This document shows, piece after piece, positions 58,446 through 64,000 of a stretch of 64,000 nucleotides of DNA. The stretch is from Candidatus Fervidifonticultor primus (lineage in GTDB: Bacteria; Sysuimicrobiota; Sysuimicrobiia; Sysuimicrobiales; Humicultoraceae). The position numbers were made by a program, and so were the translations under genes. The stretch spans positions 1,424,429-1,488,428 of the forward strand of contig JAVKHP010000001.1 in assembly GCA_031459855.1 (NCBI GenBank). Reading direction: 5' to 3'. Within the stretch, counting starts at the first letter, position 1. The number at the start of each line of letters is the position of its first letter. Below the pieces are notes generated by a model that was not told the origin of the DNA, did not search any database, and saw only the letters and a program-made list of their open reading frames with translations.

Positions 58446-60170
58446 ATGCAGGAGGCCGCCGTCCCGCTGCGCCGGACGGACTGGCCGCGCGCCGCCCTGC
58501 GCGTGGGGGCCGCCGCGGCCGCCGTGGCGCTTGCGGGACTCCTGCTGGTGCTGGTGCTCTACCCCTCGGTGGTCCTCATCCTCCAGTCGTTCGTCGCCGA
58601 GGGGCGTCTCTCGATGGCGCACTACGTGCGCCTGGCCCGCGACCCGGCGGCCCAGCGCGTGCTGGTCAACAGCCTGGTGACCTCGGGGTGGGCGACCGTG
58701 GGCGGCACGGCCCTGGGCGCGGTGCTGGCCTGGCTCGTGGCCCGCACCGACCTGCCGGGCCGCGGCCTCTGGCGCACCCTGCTCCTGCTGCCCTACATGA
58801 TCCCGCCGTTCATCGGCGCCATCGCGTGGGTCTACCTGGCTGGCCCCGCCGGGTACCTCAACCAGGCGTGGCGCGCGCTGACCGGCGCCCAGGAGCCGCT
58901 GGTGGTGATCTACGGCCAGGCCGGGATCGTGCTGGTCCTGATCCTCTACGGCTACCCCATCGCGTACCTGGCGGCGCTGGGCGTGCTCGAGCGCATGGAC
59001 CCGTCGCTGGAAGCCGCGGCGCGCCTGGCGGGCGCGGGCCCCTGGCGCGTGCTGCGCGACGTCACGCTGCCGCTGGCCGCGCCGGGCGTGCTGGCCGGCG
59101 CGCTGCTGCTGGCCATGTCGTCGCTGGCCAACTTCGGCATCCCCGCGGTGCTGGGCTTTCCCGCCCGCTACTTCGTGCTGCCCACGCGCATCTACACCAC
59201 GATCCTGAACTTCGACCTGCGCGACAACCTGCGGGTGGCCGCCGCGCTGTCGATGTGGCTGGTGGCGATCGCGGGCGTGCTGCTGGCGGCGCAGCGCGCG
59301 CTCCTGCGCCGCGGGCGGTTCACCGTCGTGGGCGGTCAGACCGCCCAGCGGCACCTGGTGGCGCTGGGTCGGTGGCGCGGCCCGGTGGCGGCGCTCCTGG
59401 GCCTGTTCGTGTGCATCAGCGCCGGGCTGCCCTTCCTGGCGGTGCTGTTGACCTCGCTCATCCGCGCCTACGGCCTGCCACCCCACTGGGAGCACTTCAC
59501 CCTGCAGCACTACGCCACGGCGCTGTTTGGCATCCCCAAGGTGCACCGCGCGCTGCTCAACAGCCTGCTGCTGGCCGGCGGCGCCGCCACGCTGGTGGTG
59601 ATCCTGGGCGCGGCCATCGGCTACCTGCGCACCCGTGCACGCCTCCCCGGCGCCGGGGCGGTGGACCTGCTGGTCATGCTGCCCTACGCGGTGCCGGGGA
59701 CGGTGGTCGCGCTGGCGATGATCCTGGCCTGGGTGCGGCCGGTGCCCGTGCTCGGCATCCGGCTCTACGACACGATCTGGATCCTGCTGGTGGCGTACGT
59801 AGCGCGCTTCCTGGCGTTTGGCGTGCGTACGGCGGCAGCGGGCCTGGCCCAGGTGCACGAGTCGCTGGAAGAGGCCGCGCGGTGCAGCGGGGCGCGCCCG
59901 CTGCAGGCGTTTCGCGACATCGTGCTGCCCATCATCCGTCCCAGCCTGATCGCCGGATGGCTGCTGGCGTTCATCCCGGCGGTGGCCGAACTCACCCTGT
60001 CGATCCTGCTGTTCTCGGTGGGCAACGAGACGCTGGGCGTGGTGATCTTCGGGCTGCACGACGAGGGCAAGATCGCCCTGAGCGCGGCCCTGGCGGTGCT
60101 GGTCACCACCCTGCTGGTGGCCTTCAACCTGCTGGCCCGGCGCGTGCTGCAGGGCGAGGTCGGGGTCTAA
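58446..60170 (+). CDS. ABC transporter permease, fused two-domain FbpB/AfuB-like
   Basis: About 575 aa with two MetI-like transmembrane domains each carrying an EAA-type loop; lies inside artefactual ORF 57012..60170. Confidence 0.8.
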   Translation: MQEAAVPLRRTDWPRAALRVGAAAAAVALAGLLLVLVLYPSVVLILQSFVAEGRLSMAHYVRLARDPAAQRVLVNSLVTSGWATVGGTALGAVLAWLVARTDLPGRGLWRTLLLLPYMIPPFIGAIAWVYLAGPAGYLNQAWRALTGAQEPLVVIYGQAGIVLVLILYGYPIAYLAALGVLERMDPSLEAAARLAGAGPWRVLRDVTLPLAAPGVLAGALLLAMSSLANFGIPAVLGFPARYFVLPTRIYTTILNFDLRDNLRVAAALSMWLVAIAGVLLAAQRALLRRGRFTVVGGQTAQRHLVALGRWRGPVAALLGLFVCISAGLPFLAVLLTSLIRAYGLPPHWEHFTLQHYATALFGIPKVHRALLNSLLLAGGAATLVVILGAAIGYLRTRARLPGAGAVDLLVMLPYAVPGTVVALAMILAWVRPVPVLGIRLYDTIWILLVAYVARFLAFGVRTAAAGLAQVHESLEEAARCSGARPLQAFRDIVLPIIRPSLIAGWLLAFIPAVAELTLSILLFSVGNETLGVVIFGLHDEGKIALSAALAVLVTTLLVAFNLLARRVLQGEVGV

Positions 60171-60192
60171 GGCCGCCCGCGCGCCCACAGCG

Positions 60193-60846
60193 TCACTTGC
60201 GGCGGAGGTCGTCGACCAGGGCCACCACGTCCGCGGGGTGGGCCGCCTCGTAGTCCGGGCCGGCCGCCCGCAGCCGCCCGGCTTCGCGGCTGCCCCATAG
60301 CGCCGCCACGGCCCGCACGCCCGCGCGCCGCGCCGCCTCGATGTCGAAGACGCCGTCCCCGACCAGCAGCGCGTCGGCAGGGGTGGCCCCCAACGCGTGC
60401 AGCGCATGCCAGATCGGGTCGGGCGCCGGCTTGGGGCGCGGTGTGTCCTGCTCGGTCACCACGACGTCGATCCACCGGTCGAGGCCGAAAGCACGCACCG
60501 CCAGGTCGGTGGTGCGCCGGCGCTTCGACGTCACGATGGCCATGCGGCAGCCGCGCGCCCGCAGTGCGTCCAGCATCTCGGGGACCCCGGGGAAGAGACG
60601 GGCCAGGCGGTCGTGGGCCGCCTCGTAGGCGGTCAGGTAGGCGTCCATGAGCGGCCGCACCTGCTCGGGCCGCACGCCGGGGAGGCGTTCGAACCGCCGC
60701 CGCAACGGCGCGCCCCAGTCGGCGGTGATCTCCTCCTCGGTGAGGTCGCGCCCCAGCACCTCCTGGCAGGCGTGACGGAACGCCTCGCTGATCAGGCGGT
60801 ACGAGTCGAGGAGCGTGCCGTCCAGGTCGAAGAGGACGCACCGCAC
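60193..60846 (-). CDS. HAD superfamily hydrolase (phosphoglycolate phosphatase-like, subfamily IA)
   Basis: Motif I MRCVLFDLDGTLLDS reached from GTG at 60846; motif IV GDGVFDIEAARRAG; taken from C-terminal end of long ORF 60193..62913. Confidence 0.75.
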   Translation of the reverse strand: MRCVLFDLDGTLLDSYRLISEAFRHACQEVLGRDLTEEEITADWGAPLRRRFERLPGVRPEQVRPLMDAYLTAYEAAHDRLARLFPGVPEMLDALRARGCRMAIVTSKRRRTTDLAVRAFGLDRWIDVVVTEQDTPRPKPAPDPIWHALHALGATPADALLVGDGVFDIEAARRAGVRAVAALWGSREAGRLRAAGPDYEAAHPADVVALVDDLRRK

Positions 60847-61073
60847 GGCCCCGTCGCCATCCCGCCTCGACCCACGGACGCCCCGGGCGGCCACCGCCGG
60901 TTCCTCCGCGCTCCCGGGCGCCGGCGTCGCGTCGCCAGGGAGCGCGCCCCCGGGCACCGGCGCCGCAACACCTGGAAGCGCGCCCTCAGGCACCGGCCCG
61001 CGCCGATCCGCTTCCTGCCCGTGGTTGGACGGTGAGTTCCCAAGCGCCGCTGGCCCGCGGCGCACCGGCCCGC

Positions 61074-62576
61074 TCACGCAGCGCTCGCGCGCTGCCGCCA
61101 CCTGCGGTAGCGCGCGACGAGGACCGGCGCGGCCAGCGAGACGGCGGCCAGCGCCAGGATGACCGCCGAGATCGGCCGCCGCACGAAGGTGGTGGGGTCG
61201 CCGTTGCTGATGATGAGGGCCTGGCGCATCGTCTGCTCGAGCCGGTCGCCCAGCACCAGGCCCAGGATCGCCGGCCCCAACGGGTAGTCGTGCTTGCGCA
61301 TGTAGTAGCCCACGGCCCCCAGCGCGACCATCAACGTCAGGTCCACCTGGCTGCGGCCCACGACGTAGACGCCGATGACGCAGACGGCCATGATCAGCGG
61401 GTAGAGGTAGCGCTCGGGCGTGCGCAGGATCTGCACGAACAGCCCCACCAGCGGCAGGTTCATGACCAGCAGGACCGTGTTGCTGACGTACATGCTGGCG
61501 ATCAGGCCCCAGACCACGTCGGGGTGCTTCTGGAAGAGCGTGGGCCCGGGCAGGACGTTGAGGATCAGCAGCGCGCCCATCATCACCGCGGTGGTGGACG
61601 ATCCGGGCAGGCCCAGGGTGAGCATGGGGATCATGTTCCCCACGGCCGCGGCGTTGTTGGCCGCCTCGGGCGCCGCCACGCCCCGGATGTCGCCCTTCCC
61701 GAAGGTCGAGGGGTCCCGGGCGAGGCGCTTCTCCAGGCCGTAGGAGAGGAACGACGCGATGGTGGCGCCGGCGGCCGGCAGGATGCCGATGTAGAAGCCC
61801 ACGACGGTGCCGCGGATGATCGCCCAGAACGCGTCGGCGAAGTCGCGCGCCGACAGCCAGATGCGCTGGAGGGCCAGCAGCCGCGGCCGGATGGCGATCT
61901 CGTTGACCACCAGCATGACCTCCGAGACCGCGAACAGGCCCACGGCGACCGTGACCAGGTCGATGCCGTCCAGCAGCTGCGGGATGCCGAAGGTGTAGCG
62001 GTCGGTGCCCGTGACCAGGTCGGTGCCAACGGTGGCCAGCATCAGCCCGAAGCAGGTCGCCAGCAGCGCTTTCACCAGCGACTCCCCCGCCAGGGTCGAG
62101 ACGCTGGACAGCCCCAGGACCATCAGCGCGAAGTTCTCGGCCGGGCCGAAGGCCAGGGCGTAGGTGGCCAGCGGCACCGAGAACAGCATGAGCGCCACGA
62201 TGCTCAACGTCCCGGCGATGAACGAGCCGACGGCCGCGATGGCCAGCGCGGGCCCGGCGCGGCCCTGCAGCGCCATCTGGTAGCCGTCGAAGGTCGTCGC
62301 CACCGACGACGCCTCGCCGGGCACGTTCATCAGGATCGACGTGGTCGAGCCGCCGTACATCGTGCCGTAGTAGACCGCGGTGAGCATGATCATCGCCGAC
62401 GCGGGGTGCAGGCCCACGATGAGCGGAATCAGCAGGGCGATGCCGCTGACCGGGCCGATGCCCGGGAGCACCCCGATCATCGTGCCCACGAAGGCGCCCA
62501 CGAACGCCAGCAGGAGGTTGGTGGGCTGCAGGGCCACCCCGAAGCCGTACCACAGGTTGTGGAGGATCTCGGTCAT
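61074..62576 (-). CDS. tctA: tripartite tricarboxylate transporter large permease TctA
   Basis: ORF 61074..62723 trimmed to MTEILHNLWYGFGVAL; about 500-aa polytopic TctA family; ATGA overlap with tctB stop. Confidence 0.85.
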   Translation of the reverse strand: MTEILHNLWYGFGVALQPTNLLLAFVGAFVGTMIGVLPGIGPVSGIALLIPLIVGLHPASAMIMLTAVYYGTMYGGSTTSILMNVPGEASSVATTFDGYQMALQGRAGPALAIAAVGSFIAGTLSIVALMLFSVPLATYALAFGPAENFALMVLGLSSVSTLAGESLVKALLATCFGLMLATVGTDLVTGTDRYTFGIPQLLDGIDLVTVAVGLFAVSEVMLVVNEIAIRPRLLALQRIWLSARDFADAFWAIIRGTVVGFYIGILPAAGATIASFLSYGLEKRLARDPSTFGKGDIRGVAAPEAANNAAAVGNMIPMLTLGLPGSSTTAVMMGALLILNVLPGPTLFQKHPDVVWGLIASMYVSNTVLLVMNLPLVGLFVQILRTPERYLYPLIMAVCVIGVYVVGRSQVDLTLMVALGAVGYYMRKHDYPLGPAILGLVLGDRLEQTMRQALIISNGDPTTFVRRPISAVILALAAVSLAAPVLVARYRRWRQRASAA

Positions 62577-63040
62577 CGGCCCAGCACGCCGGCCGGCAGC
62601 ACCAGACCCAGGACGCCGGCGGGCAGCGCCAGGCCCAGCGCGCGGTCGAACACGAGCCACAGGGCCGTGGTGAGGCCCGCGGCCAGCAGCACGGCGCGGG
62701 CCGGGCGGCGCTCGCCCAGCCACAGGTGCGAGCCCGCCAAGTAGAGGAACGTGGAGACGACGAACCCCAGCGGCTCCAGTGCCCGGGTGTAGGCGAAGAG
62801 GCTGGCTGCCAGCAGGATGGGCCGGCCGTGCTGCCGCCAGAACGGCTCACCGCCGGCGCCGTCGCGCGGGCGAACGAACTGGACAGCCGCCAGCAGGGCG
62901 GCGAGGCTGCCAACGAGCACGGGATACGCCGAGGGCCCCACCACGTCGGCCACGGTCGCCCCGCGGAAGGTGGTGGCCTCCCGCGCGTAGAGCACGGCGA
63001 CGGCGAAGATGACCAGGGCAGCCAGGCGGTCGGACGTCAC
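62573..63040 (-). CDS. tctB: tripartite tricarboxylate transporter small permease TctB
   Basis: 155-aa four-TM protein directly upstream of tctA. Confidence 0.75.
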   Translation of the reverse strand: MTSDRLAALVIFAVAVLYAREATTFRGATVADVVGPSAYPVLVGSLAALLAAVQFVRPRDGAGGEPFWRQHGRPILLAASLFAYTRALEPLGFVVSTFLYLAGSHLWLGERRPARAVLLAAGLTTALWLVFDRALGLALPAGVLGLVLPAGVLGR

Positions 63041-63083
63041 GGGCAGAGCCTGGCGCGCTGGCGCCCGCCCCCGCCCACTGCGG

Positions 63084-64000
63084 CTATCGGATGAGTCCGA
63101 GGTCGCGCAGGACGCCCTGGGTCGTGGCCAGGTCGCGGTCGAGGAACTGCCGCAAGCGCTCGCCCGTCAGGACGAACGGCTCCCAGCGCGTCTCCTGCAG
63201 GATCCTGGCCCAGGTGCGGCTGCCGAGCATCTTCGCGAACGTGTCCTCCCAGAACTTCACCACATCGGCGGGTGTCTCGGGCGGCATGTAGAACCCGCGC
63301 CAGTTGGCGAACACGAAGTCCACGCCCTGCTCGCGCGCGGTGGGGATGGTCCGGAGCGCGCCGCCCAGACGCTGCGGCGCCGTCACGGCCAGCACCCGGA
63401 TCTGCCCGGCCTCGATGTTCGCCAGGGTCTCCGAGAGGCTGCTGGACAGCACGGTGGTGGTCCCGCCCAGGATCGACGCCATGGCGGCGGCCCCGTCGCC
63501 GAACGGCACGTAGCGCACCTTCGTCACGTCGACGCCGACCAGCCCGGCGAGCTGCGCGAAGGTCAGGTGGTCCAGCGCCCCGGGTGCCGACCCGCCGCCC
63601 ACCGTGATCGCGCCCGGGTCGCGCTTGAACACCTCGAGCAGCGTCTTGAGGCTGTTGAACGCCGAGTCCTTGCGGACCGCGATCACCTGGAAGTCGGCGG
63701 TGATGGCGATGATCGGCGTCACGTCGCGGTAGGTGTAGGGCACGGCGCGCCGGGCCAGGGTGCCGGTGAGGGCCGAGCCCATCACGGCCAGCACATGGGT
63801 GTCGCCGCGGCGGCGCGTCACCATGTGGGCGATCCCGACCGCGCCGCTGCCGCCCGGCATGTTGATCACCGAGATCGGCACCGTCACCAGGCGCTCTTCG
63901 GTCAGCGCCTTGGCGGTCATGCGCGCGGTGGTGTCCCAGCCGCCGCCGGGGCCGGCCGGGGCGATGAACTCCAGGGCCTTGCTGGGGTACGCGGGCCCGG
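63084..64000 (-). CDS. tctC: tripartite tricarboxylate transporter substrate-binding protein TctC, paralog 3; partial, continues beyond window end
   Basis: ORF 63084..63920 is Bug-fold; in-frame translation upstream of the listed Met continues as ...ALEFIAPAGPGGGWDTTAR, a typical TctC N-terminal region, with no stop before the window end. Confidence 0.75.
   Translation of the reverse strand, partial: GPAYPSKALEFIAPAGPGGGWDTTARMTAKALTEERLVTVPISVINMPGGSGAVGIAHMVTRRRGDTHVLAVMGSALTGTLARRAVPYTYRDVTPIIAITADFQVIAVRKDSAFNSLKTLLEVFKRDPGAITVGGGSAPGALDHLTFAQLAGLVGVDVTKVRYVPFGDGAAAMASILGGTTTVLSSSLSETLANIEAGQIRVLAVTAPQRLGGALRTIPTAREQGVDFVFANWRGFYMPPETPADVVKFWEDTFAKMLGSRTWARILQETRWEPFVLTGERLRQFLDRDLATTQGVLRDLGLIR

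Overview
High-GC (~70%+) bacterial chromosomal segment, gene-dense and almost entirely metabolic and transport. GTG/TTG starts and 4-nt ATGA/GTGA start-stop overlaps are frequent. The large + strand ORFs in the first 30 kb (e.g. 214..6630, 2138 aa) are low-complexity artefacts of GC-rich DNA; the real genes lie on the minus strand, and I re-trimmed several ORF-track starts to the nearest RBS-supported start. No transposase, integrase, CRISPR/cas, toxin-antitoxin or recognisable phage-defence cassette was found, and I do not want to over-claim a novel system. The most unusual content is itemised in the findings.

Layout:
- 1..19737 (minus): one co-directional, largely translationally coupled array of about 18 genes. 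It runs from a GntR regulator through mmsB-like dehydrogenase, 2-oxoacid dehydrogenase E1alpha/E1beta, an M24 creatinase-like hydrolase, E2, a complete Liv-type ABC importer, Zn-ADH, EamA exporter, amidohydrolase-2, a TAXI-TRAP transporter, a second M24 hydrolase and an NMT1-type SBP.
- 20025..26385 (minus): a second Liv-type ABC operon followed by RidA and a secreted TIM-barrel hydrolase.
- 26439..32278 (minus): bicupin, SDR, COG0402-type amidohydrolase and two tandem TctC (Bug-family) SBP paralogs that share a 521-bp block at about 99% identity.
- 32379..42158 (plus): LonC-like protease coupled to PanE, an 820-bp spacer with a degenerate 73-bp-period tandem array, FadD-like CoA ligase, a large adenylyl-cyclase/STAND/TPR/LuxR regulator, and a DUF4242 protein.
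- 42246..46970 (minus): signal peptidase I, tRNA-Ser(GGA), OmpR-type response regulator, sensor kinase, a membrane-anchored hypothetical protein and tRNA-Ser(CGA). The two tRNA-Ser genes bracket the two-component system, with 38-bp direct repeats upstream of the kinase.
- 47037..60170 (plus): DUF1646 membrane protein, SppA, long patatin-like phospholipase, then a candidate uncharacterised catabolic/transport module. That module is a COG4091 SAF-domain oxidoreductase behind an AT-rich palindromic operator, a SorC-type regulator, TPP E1alpha/E1beta with no E2, a zinc-ribbon/xylose-isomerase-like TIM-barrel fusion, and an Fe3+-type ABC SBP plus fused permease with no ATPase.
- 60193..64000 (minus): HAD hydrolase, then tctA-tctB-tctC with tctC running off the window end.
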